A stretch of 64,000 nt of DNA from Octopus bimaculoides (taxonomy: Eukaryota). Numbering within the stretch: the stretch's first letter is position 1; each line of letters opens with the position of its first letter. Both the position numbers and the translations under genes were made by a program. Of the stretch, positions 13,535-24,372 are shown one piece after another. The notes beneath the pieces are model-generated. The model saw only the letters and a program-made list of their open reading frames with translations. It ran no database searches and was not told where the DNA came from. Location: contig NC_068981.1 in NCBI RefSeq assembly GCF_001194135.2, forward strand, positions 49,436,492 to 49,500,491. The letters run 5' to 3'.

Positions 13535-14545
13535 GGGGGGATTGGGAGGGATAGGGAGGGATAGGGAAGGTGGCATTGGAATATTTAGGGATGGTGTGGG
13601 TTTACGGAGGAGGGGTGACGATGAAGGGGAAGGTGTAGGTGTGTAGGAGTGAAAAGAAGAGAGAAGAGAGAAGAGTGGAAGTGAGTAGGAGTGAAGAGAA
13701 AGAGGAGTCGGAGTAAGAGAGGGAAGGTGGGTGGGAGGAAGTAGGTGTGAGGGAGAGAGAGGCAAGGGGAGTTAGTTGGATGAAAAAAGGAGGAGAGTTA
13801 AGCCCATGTAGGGCAAAGGAGCCAAAAGAGAAGATTAATCCCTGTTCACAGCGAAAACGGGAGTCCGGATGGCCACTGTGCAAGGACAATCTGAACAAGG
13901 ACAGGTGTTGCAAAGAGTGACCGGTAGAGCAGAAATGACGCGAGGCCGGGGTGTCATTACTGAGTCGCATTTCTTGGAGGTGTTCCGCGAACCGGTCAGC
14001 CAAGCGGCGTCCCTTTTGCCCGATGTGTAGAGAAGAGCAGAGAGAGCACGAGATGCAGTAGATGATATCGGTAGAAGTGCAGGTGAAGGAGTCGTTGCTC
14101 TGATAGTGTCGATGATGAGTGCCAGTGAGGAGAGTGGTGTTGAAGAGGTAAGGACGGGAAAATGCGGTAGCGTGGGCGGGGAGCAGGGGAACGAACTGGG
14201 TTGTGAATTTGGGTTAGGGAACAAGCAGTGGATCAAGAGATCTCGTAGGTTGTGGGCTCGTTTGAAGAGTAGGAGGGGCCGGTCAGGGAATATGTGTGAA
14301 GTGGAGGGGTCGGACTGGAGTCGTTGGAAGGCCCAGAGAATGGTGCATTGGAGAGATATGGAGGTGGGGTGGTAGTTGAGGGGGAAAGGGAGGCGGGAGA
14401 CAGCGGGGAAGGTTCGTGGGGAGAGAGCAGATGCACGGTCAACGGAATGTGCTCTGGCAAGTGCGGTGTGGATAGTATAGTGGGGGGATATGAACATATC
14501 CACGTAGGATGAAGTGGCGGGCCATGAGTTGAGGCTGTGTCTCAA
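13535..14545 (-). mobile_element. Penelope-like element: RT C-terminus/linker plus C-terminal GIY-YIG endonuclease (5'-truncated, runs into gap)
   Basis: Minus frames: RLPFPLNYHP...LQSDPSTSHIFPDRPLLLFKRAHNLRDLLIH, then FTCTSTDIIYCISCSLCSSLHIGQKGRRLADRFAEHL...PASRHF...EQGLIFSFGSFALHGLN*. A pyrimidine-rich 3' region follows. Confidence 0.88.
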
Positions 14546-14551
14546 AGTCAT

Positions 14552-14870
14552 GGTCGTGGCTCAGCGGTTAGAGCCTCGAAGACCGTAACGTTGAGAGTTC
14601 TAATCCCGGACTGGTTTGCGTGTTGTGTTCTTGAGCAAGACACTTTATTTCCCGTTGCTCCAGTTCACTCAGCTGTAGAAATGAGTTGCAGCGTCACTGA
14701 TGCCAAACTTTATCGGCCTTTGCGTTTCCCTTGGATGACATCGGTGGCGTGGAGAAGAGAGTGTGGTATGCATAGGCGACTGCTAGTCTTCCATACACAA
14801 CCTTACCCGAACTTGTGCCTCGGAGGGTAACTTTCTAGGTGCAATCCCATGGTCATACGTGACCGAAGGG
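14552..14870 (+). mobile_element. tRNA-derived SINE, family C, near full length
   Basis: A-box-like GTGGCTCAGCGGTTAG, B-box-like GAGTTCTAATCCC, central cttgagcaagacactt...gctccagttcactcagctgtagaaatgag domain, and a (CA)n tail. Confidence 0.8.
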
Positions 14871-17525
14871 TATACACACACAAACACACACACACACACA
14901 CGCACATACACACACACACGCACACACACATACACACACNNNNNNNNNNNNNNNNNNNNNNNNNNNNNNNATATATATATATATATATATATATATAATA
15001 ACAATAATAACAAGATGGAATCTATAAATATTTAATTCATCGCTACGTACGTTTGCAAAGATCAAACAATTTTGACCCCAGAGTCGATATCGTTCGTATT
15101 AGTAGAGTGTAGTCGGTGTTATCCTCAGTATCATTAAGCGGTAGCCGACATAATGAAACAGGAGCTTTATTTGTATACGCTGAGGTTTACCTAAACAAAT
15201 CTAAAAGATATATATATATGTATATAAATTCATTTGTTATTTATTGTTAGTTGATATATATACATTCATTTTATTATTATTATTATTGTATTTTGACCCA
15301 AAGATTAGCTATATGTTTAATAGAATTGATTTTCGATCGATTTGAATGGAGTTGATTTTCATTTTATTTTCTATTTTAAAATGTGGTTATGAAACACGTG
15401 TAGTCGTTTTATTATTTTAATATTTATTACTTTGCATTTTTATTATATATCTTTTTAGTGTATTTACTTATTAAATTTTTCTATATGTGACTGTGGATTT
15501 TCATGGATGGATTCAGGGACTGTGGGTTTTTTTTTGTAAATTATATATTTATATATTATATATTGTGAAACTTAATTTTTACCAGTAAATTTGGATTTTT
15601 ATCCCTAATAATATTAACATAATTATATTATAGCATATGTATATATATATATGGACACACACACTTACACACCCATATATTTATGAGCATCGTTTATGAA
15701 TTCATACCTGTAAAAAGCACAGAAAAAATATATCTGAGCAGACTAAAATGGTCAACCTTCGACGGTGTCATTACAACATACACATTTCTGCATCTTAGAG
15801 ATTCGCCACTATTAAGTGTGCCGCTCGCTAAGTGAAAATTAGCGCCTACACATGTAGATGAACCATGATCGAAAAGAAATGACAGTCATATTTAGCCGGC
15901 AGGCTCAATAAATATTTGGTATCAGCGATGGAAGCAGTATTAGTTCTGAACATCATACTTAGAACAGATATATGTTTGAAAGCCAGCTGATCTCTTGCTC
16001 CACATGATATTTGTTTTAAGTATTATATGGTGATTGCCATCTGGAATTAATAGAACTTCGGTCAGTAATAAAGAATATATATGTATATATGTACGTGTGC
16101 TTGTTTGTGTATAGATAGGCGTCCACATTTGTGTGTATGCACATAGAAAATCGTTGTGTGTATATGACAGGAATTTGCTCTAGCAGTTTTTTCTGTTTAA
16201 ATGTAATGTTTTAGATTAAGTCAAATGCGCAACTATTTGGACAAGAGTTCCAGGAATCCAATAAGATGCTTAGTCATATGCGGCATATAATAAATGCTAT
16301 AATAAAGAACTGCATTTCTGATGGGAAATAAACATTTTGTTATAATTTATTAATTCATTAAGACGTACATTCCGAACAAAATGTTTAATAGATATGTACC
16401 ATGAATGTGGTATTCATTTAAATTTAGATGGAAGAAATTTCATTTGAATAATTTGGATGCTAATTTTAAATATCTTATATCTTTATAGTATTTTCATTAC
16501 ATTCTTTCTTTTTTCAATCTACCACAGGTTATGTGCAAAATAAAATTTCATTGTTCAATAATTAAAAACATATACTAATCTCAACTGATTTCAAACCATA
16601 TGACAAATGGATCAATACTTGCCAAATACATTAGTGAGCTCTCACACATATATGCACGCGTACACAAACACACGAGAACAACGTGTCAATTGCAGAATGT
16701 GTGTACGGAACTTAGTATGAGCGTTAACAAAACATGACTTAATGAGAACTTCAGCATCCACTCCTATATTCGTATGTGATTTGCTATTATCTCACTGCTT
16801 TCTCACTTCTGAAAGAAAACTATATTTTAAAAAGAAATTTGTTTTTGTATATTGGTTAGAAATTACCTGTCAAATGTTATTTGTCCGCATGGATAAATGC
16901 GACAGTTAAATGTATATTTTGTAAACAAAAAAGAAAAAAAAGAATTAAATCCCTTGCTATTAATCATGTATGTACTCGTTGTAGCTCCTGTCATTTATTG
17001 TTTCTGCCTCGCCTTATATAATACTTTGTAATTAGACAAAACATATTTTGATTGAAAGAATTATTAGTAAATAAGAAGAATATTTGAGAAAATCTCTACC
17101 ACGTACTGCATAGTACTGATGTCTAAAGACTAATTTCTTCCAGATGATCTGATTTTAAATAGAATTAAACTAATGCACAATATTTTGATATACTATTCAC
17201 ATATCTGAGCTAAATTCATGAAACAGATGGACCGAATTGCAGCGGGCCTAGCTTGATTACTGAAAGGTTAATTTTGTACATCTTGTGTAAACCTACCTAT
17301 GTCTAACATATTTAAGCGTTGAAGAGAAAGCAATATGACAGCTAAAATCTTCTGACTTGACAGCAATATGTTTCATCCTACATATTTCATCTCAAATTGA
17401 TTGGCAGAGATTAACGGTCAATTACGTGAAGTCGAATGTGTATTGGGTCTTCTATTGCATTTAATATAGGAAATCTCAAAAGTCGATGATTAAAATATGG
17501 TATAGTTCCATGAGTATGAAATGTG

Positions 17526-17587
<62 letters not shown>

Positions 17588-17629
17588 AATCGATTGCCAT
17601 AGTCACAAGCATAGCTATGTGCATAGTTT

Positions 17630-17770
17630 CGGATGTAGTTTTGTGGTGAGATGTTTGATTCTCCCAACCTCATGGTTCTGGATTCAGCACACTACGTGTT
17701 AATTTGGCCAAGTGTCATCCTGTATAGTTTTTTTTTTCGTTTACCTAACAAGACCTTGTGAGTGGATTTT
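17630..17770 (+). mobile_element. SINE family A, degenerate fragment
   Basis: catggttctggattcag...ggccaagtgtc...ccttgtgagtggattt is shared with the 33724 and 55999 copies. Confidence 0.55.
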
Positions 17771-18229
17771 TCAAGAGCACGTGTGTGTGCGTATGTGTAT
17801 GTGCGTATGTGTATGTGCGTATCCGTGTGGTTGTGTCGGTTCTGTGAGTGAAGGTGTATGTTCGTATGTGTGAGTGCCTGAATGTGTGAGTGATTGTCTA
17901 TTTGAGTGTATTCCAGTATGTATGTTCCTCTGCATATCTGCTTTTCGTGCGTTTTGGATTAGAAAAGCGTCTCTTGCGCGTGTGACTTCATGTGTAAACG
18001 CACGCTACAATGCAAACACGCAAGCGTATCTAATTGCAAGTGATCCAACGGAGTTGTAAACCTCTTTTGTATAGTACATACAGTATCTAATTGATCCTCT
18101 GTGAGTCTGTAGTCAGTGAGCAGTTCACCTATCATTTATCGTGCTGAAGTAGACACTTTTTGCAAATCTATAGTAGTCTTAAGAGTGTCTTTGCATATTT
18201 TACAGCCCTGGCTTCTTTGCTATATATGT

Positions 18230-18665
18230 ATATCCAAGAATTTCATCTCAACCAAACAATCAAACATTACTTAAGATTGAAAGTGAGCACAAACACTCCT
18301 ATGCAGGGTATTAAGGGAGGTGGTAGGAGGGGTGAAATTTATGTGTGCATAGATTGTGACACATCATGCCTTTCTTTTGCTGGCCTCAAATCGCATTTGA
18401 TGACCCATGGAAAACGAACCTCCACCAACTATTCTGCCTATATATCTGTGCACAACTTTCAATGACGTGTATGCCATAAGGTTTGCAATTCTAATGGAGG
18501 CCTCAACAAACTTCTTAAGTTTCACAAAGATCAGAACGTAGCTGCAGCACTTGATGGTTCAAATCGGATATTCAATCTATGTGGGAGTCTTTTCAATATA
18601 TTGACTGGTTTAAAGAACCACATGAGACGCCATGGGGGATCTAACGTGTAAGTACAAGGTGTAAG
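18230..18665 (+). mobile_element. RTE-like LINE 3' end encoding three degenerate C2H2 zinc fingers (copy 2)
   Basis: One reading frame: YVCIDCDTSCLSFAGLKSHLMTH-GKRTSTNYSAYISVHN-FQ*RVCHKVCNSNGGLNKLLKFH-KDQNVAAALDGSNR-IFNLCGSLFNILTGLKNHMRRH-GGSNV*. The TGA at 18463-18465 sits where a Cys is expected. Homologous to 10248-10715 and 34012-34205. Confidence 0.75.
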
Positions 18666-19249
18666 TACGTATATTAATATAAATATATATACGTACACAC
18701 ACGCGCGCTCACGCAAGCACACACAAAAAAAAAACACACACACACTGGCAAACTTGCGTGCTTGTGTCGGAGACTGCTACTTACGGAAATTGAATTATTT
18801 GTCATATGTTCAGAAATCTATATCAAAATAGTGTACATCATACATATACTACGTGTATATAATTTTTTTTTTTCGTGAAATAATATATTTAATAACACTG
18901 GCTGCCGTGGATGACACTATATCGACATTCTTTTAGTCTCGTCAGCAGAACATTAATCATGAAGCTAAATTCAATTTAATATGATTTATTTCTTCTTTTT
19001 CTTTTTCTACTTACTATACAGAAATCCTGAAGAGATACAAATCGAGATAGACATAGTGAAAACATTCTAAATGTTTCTCAAAAAGTTTGATGATTGTAAC
19101 AGTATATGTAGACATACACACTTAGCGTGACTGAGAGTACGGATGTACCTATATTGCTAGAAATAAGAGTTAAAACAATGAATGCTGTAAGAAAAGGAGC
19201 AATACATATACATTGACAGTGGAGGTAACCAACCCATGACCGTCACTAG

Positions 19250-19960
19250 ATTCATTATACTATAATAGTTTCGCCTATTTTGTAAGCATCATCAGCAGTG
19301 ACTACACAGACGGTGGATAATTTTGCTAGATCCGTCTGCCGGTATGCATATATACCATTAAAAAATTAGGGCTTATTTAGCGAAATGTTAAATATAAAAT
19401 ATAAACAGCTAGGCGCAATGTAATACGATACGAAAGAAATATAATCATCGCTAAAATTAAAAGGGTGAGAAAAGGTGTTATAAGTCAAACAGCTGTTTCT
19501 GGGGTCTCGGAAAGCCATCATAATGTTGGTAGATGTAGTTCTTCAGAAGATGCGGCCGTATGAAATCAGTCGTCGAGCTACTATCATCAGGAGAGAAAAG
19601 ATCTTTCATTTCATATCTGAATGCAAAGAGAATTCGAAGATGGAATGATTAAATGTGGAGAGTTAACAGTATTAGAGGGGGGAAGAATGAGGGTCGGTGG
19701 GGTTATGAGGAGTGTTAAGATAGGGGATAATGAGAGGATCGAGGCAAGTTAGTTCAAAAAGAGCTTGGAAGTTAATAATAAGGATATTAAGAGAGAGGGT
19801 AAAAGAGGTGGGGCGGAGAAAAACGAGTAGGAGGTGGTAAGATAGATAGTAATTGAATGGGAGTCAGTTGTTTTGGGGTTTGTCTAGAAGTATCAAATTT
19901 TAGGGATATTAGCTATGGAATTATTGGAGATTGAGATAGTGAAAAAACGAATAGCAATTA
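19250..19960 (-). mobile_element. Probable PLE 3' end / pseudo-LTR remnant
   Basis: Pyrimidine-rich minus strand like the 3' region of the PLE at 13535-13800, followed by two hammerhead-type motifs (19485-19525 and 19252-19301). No coding motif recognised. Confidence 0.4.
19252..19301 (-). ncRNA. Type I hammerhead ribozyme (minimal, PLE pseudo-LTR type)
   Basis: Minus strand TCACTG-CTGATGA-T-GCTT-ACAAAAT-AGGC-GAA-ACTATTATAGT-A-TAATGA. Full core, 4-bp stem II, near-palindromic stem III, GUA triplet, stem I pairing at 5 of 6 positions. Confidence 0.65.
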
Positions 19961-21143
19961 TTGGAGGGACCGAAAGTCTTGTTTGTATTCTGTGAAAGTT
20001 TGATCTATTAATATAAATATCTATATATTTATACTTAAATATTCATCTAAATAACTTCACTTTTTGCTTTTCCTCGTTGTGCATGCCTACTTATACAAAT
20101 ATTTTAAATTTCATACTAAGATTGTTATACTTATTATATCTAATTTGTTTATCCACCTAATTGCCTCTATAACCTATTATAGCCATTATTTATCTCGTTG
20201 AATTGATGCCCTGTAAAGACGTCAGAGTTTAAAGTTTAATATTTTGAGCACTACTAAATGTCTTATATACTGAGAAACACTGGATCTCGTCTGCAGGCTG
20301 TGTGCATATACATACATAATACACTTTTAGTTATGTATTAATAGAAATATATATGAGATACCATGATTGTATATGAATATATATATATATATATATATAT
20401 ATCATAATTGTATTTTTAAATATATATATATACATATGTTTACATACCATAATATACACATTAATATATGGATATATATGTGTGTATATATATATACCCA
20501 GAGGGTATATAAATATGAGAGTGACAGAAGGAGGTAGATGTAAGAGGTTACAGAGAAGAGAAAGAAATATTGCAATGAACAAACATGGTGGGTAGCTAGA
20601 GGGACCGAAACCTTAATAAGTAATGAAGGAAAGAGGTGGATTTTATTTTCCAACTACTTTTAGTCTTTGGATAGTCGCCAACTTAAGACCCAATATCGAC
20701 AGATTATCAAATTAGATAGAGCCAGTTACTATTTATTTTATCGATTTATACATATTTTCCTGACCTTGGAAATATGAACAGCATAGGTGAATGGACAAGC
20801 GTTGAACTCAGGTGACGTAACCATACGAAACAATGTAATTTTCCGACATACTATACATATTGCTTTCTATCAATATTTAAGCAAATTTTGGTATATACAT
20901 ACATATTTATATCTGTCTGTGTTTGTGTGTGTTTATGTGTTGGAATATGTGTGTGTATATATGTGCAGTTGCTTCATTTCCTAGAAATAGCAGCCAAATC
21001 TTTCTCAAATCACACTCTACCTTCATCTAGAAAATGTGCTACTGAGTACACAGTACATTGAAAATTACCGAAACATTGTTGAACAGATTTTCACCAAATT
21101 TGGCAAAAATACTCATTGGGCGAGTGGTTTGAAACGAGATTAT

Positions 21144-21257
21144 CTAAAACCTTAACCCTAACCTTAATTCTAAAACCCAATCCCTAACCCTAACACACTA
21201 ACTCTGACCCTAAAACCCTAACCCTAACTCTAAAATCCAAACCCTAAAGCTAAAACC
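21144..21257. repeat. Degenerate (CCCTAA)n telomere-like tract inside a ~450 bp interspersed repeat (about 21030-21470)
   Basis: aaccttaaccctaacc...ccctaaccctaac...aaccctaaccctaac. The motif aattaccgaaa occurs on both sides (about 21065 and 21415). Confidence 0.6.
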
Positions 21258-21586
21258 AGTACAAACGCGCGAACGATGTCATAAATAACAGTACCGCCAC
21301 TGGTTGTTGATCACAAACAACGGCAGTAATTTTATTCAAGGGAAAAGATCCCATTACAGAACGTGTTGTTGACAAACCACAGCAGTAATTGTTTTCACGT
21401 CAGTGATTGGTTGAAATTACCGAAATACGACAACTTTTAACATGCAATATCTTGGAATACAGAAACTTTTCATTACAAGGCTAAGAGAAAAAGATGTTTT
21501 ATATGACATATTCCACCAGTATCCCAAGTTTGAAAGTGTTTCGTAAGAAAACAAATGGTGTCTGTCAAATCAGAAGGATCCGAGAA

Positions 21587-21667
21587 GAAGAAGAAGAAGA
21601 AGAAGAAGAAGAAGAAGAAGAAGAAGAAGAAGAAGAAGAAGAAGAGGAGGAGGCGGAGGAAAAAGAA

Positions 21668-21702
<35 letters not shown>

Positions 21703-21714
21703 AGAAGAAGAAGA
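21587..21714. repeat. (GAA)n microsatellite abutting a gap
   Basis: Direct reading; explains the poly-E/K/F ORFs in the track. Confidence 0.95.
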
Positions 21715-22467
21715 NNNNNNNNNNNNNNNNNNNNNNNNNNNNNNNNNNNNNNNNNNNNNNNNNNNNNNNNNNNNNNNNNNNNNNNNNNNNNNNNNNNNNN
21801 NNNNNNNNNNNNNNNNNNNNNNNNNNNNNNNNNNNNNNNNNNNNNNNNNNNNNNNNNNNNNNNNNNNNNNNNNNNNNNNNNNNNNNNNNNNNNNNNNNNN
21901 NNNNNNNNNNNNNNNNNNNNNNNNNNNNNNNNNNNNNNNNNNNNNNNNNNNNNNNNNNNNNNNNNNNNNNNNNNNNNNNNNNNNNNNNNNNNNNNNNNNN
22001 NNNNNNNNNNNNNNNNNNNNNNNNNNNNNNNNNNNNNNNNNNNNNNNNNNNNNNNNNNNNNNNNNNNNNNNNNNNNNNNNNNNNNNNNNNNNNNNNNNNN
22101 NNNNNNNNNNNNNNNNNNNNNNNNNNNNNNNNNNNNNNNNNNNNNNNNNNNNNNNNNNNNNNNNNNNNNNNNNNNNNNNNNNNNNNNNNNNNNNNNNNNN
22201 NNNNNNNNNNNNNNNNNNNNNNNNNNNNNNNNNNNNNNNNNNNNNNNNNNNNNNNNNNNNNNNNNNNNNNNNNNNNNNNNNNNNNNNNNNNNNNNNNNNN
22301 NNNNNNNNNNNNNNNNNNNNNNNNNNNNNNNNNNNNNNNNNNNNNNNNNNNNNNNNNNNNNNNNNNNNNNNNNNNNNNNNNNNNNNNNNNNNNNNNNNNN
22401 NNNNNNNNNNNNNNNNNNNNNNNNNNNNNNNNNNNNNNNNNNNNNNNNNNNNNNNNNNNNNNNNNNN

Positions 22468-22501
<34 letters not shown>

Positions 22502-22544
22502 CATGACTATAGCATTGGCTATTTGATTCCCATCAGCGTTTAGT

Positions 22545-22740
22545 AAACGCGATCAATGTTCCTTCCTCTCCTAAATTCAGCTGCCCACTTTTGCACTCTT
22601 GATAAAGCTGGAGCGTCATCACTTAATGTAGCAACCATTTCAGCATAAATGTTCTTGGTGGCTAAAGATTTATTGTTCTGCAGATACTTGAGAACACCTT
22701 AATATCGTGTTGCATAGTCAAATGTTAAATTTTGTCCAGT
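22545..22740 (-). mobile_element. Mariner transposase N-terminal (HTH) fragment, distinct family
   Basis: Minus frame GVLKYLQNNKSLATKNIYAEMVATLSDDAPALSRVQKWAAEFRE resembles the mariner HTH pattern VIKYL...DIHADMVATLGDDAPALSTVQKWAAEF. Confidence 0.65.
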
Positions 22741-24157
22741 TTGAAGAGAAATCACTACTAGTCATATGTGAAGTCTTCTTTCGCAGTTAGATATCAGTTT
22801 AACTGGAATAAAACAATGCAGTAATGATGGAAAAAAGTGGGGTTTTAATGCATGCACAATTTTGTAGCTCTAGATCTATTTGTTTATTGTCAGCAACTGT
22901 TGTTAAATTTGTATGTGCACGCTGTGTCCTTAATAAATCACGGAGATCTTATATGCATTTATGGATAACGTACTGTAAAATTCAAATGTAAAAAATACGA
23001 AAGGCTGATACATTAAATACATACTACATAACAAAGGTATATTTTTCTTCATTTATGTTTATACATTTAAAGCATTTGTCAATATAATTTCCGTCCCAAC
23101 GCCCTCCTACAATTCACTGAAAGCGTTTTACCATTACAAACACTATTCCTTAATCGTATTTTATTTATCGATTTATTCATTTTTTACCTTTCAGCTTTCA
23201 CAGTACTGAGTGTCTACTTGATAATTTGTGTTTATACACCATTAAATGTCTAATCAAATCGATAATTCTGAACCTAGCATGAATTTTTTTTTTCCTGGGA
23301 ATCCGCCTAGTAATGAAGTAGCAACGCCTGACTCACATCTTAAATAATGACATATTGGTCACAAGCGAGGAGAAGTCAAAGGATGTTTTTCGATAACAAA
23401 ATAGTCACTAAGTGAAAATAGGAAACGAGGAAAAGTATCAACACTAGATAATATGCATCGATTAAATGTTGTTTGTTAACCTGATTTTAATTTTCTGTTT
23501 TGCCAGATATAATCAGCCAATTATTTGTCAGGCATTGCATTAATTATACATATTTATTTTTTGCGGACTGGAGGTCATAGGTGTACTTGGCTATCTAATA
23601 TATATCTACTAAACTTCCAATGATACATACCTGGTGATATCAAAAATATGTTATGTTGTGGAAACTATGTGTAGGATATACATAGAGAGAGAGTGAGGGA
23701 GGGAGAGAAAGAAAGAAAGAAAGAAAGAAAAAAGAGCAATTCAAACGGCGCTACTGGAAAGTGCACAAAAATTTACAGTCACATACATAGAAAGGCTACT
23801 GGCGAGCATACCCCCCCCCCACACACACACAGAGGCTATAATTGGCTGTGTGCGTACGTTCGTGTAACGCAATGTAGAGTGCCCACTACACTTGTGTGCG
23901 TATGCGTCTATGCATAAGTGTGTGTATGCCAGTAGCCATTGTTTAAATTACTCCCCCGTTTATCTGACGATTTAACGCATGCATCTTAGGGCAACACGTT
24001 GTTGTGCTTATTGAACATCTAGCTTTCCTCTTAACTATTATAATTACTGTATTCCTTATTCCCTTCTACACAGTCTTTTTAGATAACGTCCTGCATACAG
24101 AGATTTCTGACTATCGATATATTAATAACAATAATCCCAACTTCCTTTGTAAAATAA

Positions 24158-24372
24158 TGGTTTGAAATTTTGGTACAAAACCAGCAGCTTTGAGGGTGGG
24201 GAACAGGTCGATTAAATCGACCTCAGTACTCAACTGGTATTTATTTTATCCAACCAGAAAGGATGAAAAGCAATGTCAGCCTCGGCGGAATTAGACCTCA
24301 TTGAGTGAAGACGGACGAAATAAAACTAAGTATTTTTGTCCGTCGTGATAAGAATACTCCCAAGTCACCACC
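24158..24372 (-). mobile_element. SINE family B
   Basis: gtcgattaaatcgacctcagtactcaactggtatttattttatc...aaaggatgaaa...cctcggcggaatt is shared with 30313 and 62525. Confidence 0.75.

Noticed and set aside
18160-18650. Host C2H2 zinc-finger gene
   Set aside because: In-frame stop, lost zinc ligands, no TGEKP linkers, and homologous copies attached to an RTE C-terminus; better explained as a LINE tail.
22545-22740. hAT transposase (DDAPAL resembles the hAT TDGAPAM motif)
   Set aside because: The full frame context matches a mariner N-terminal HTH instead.
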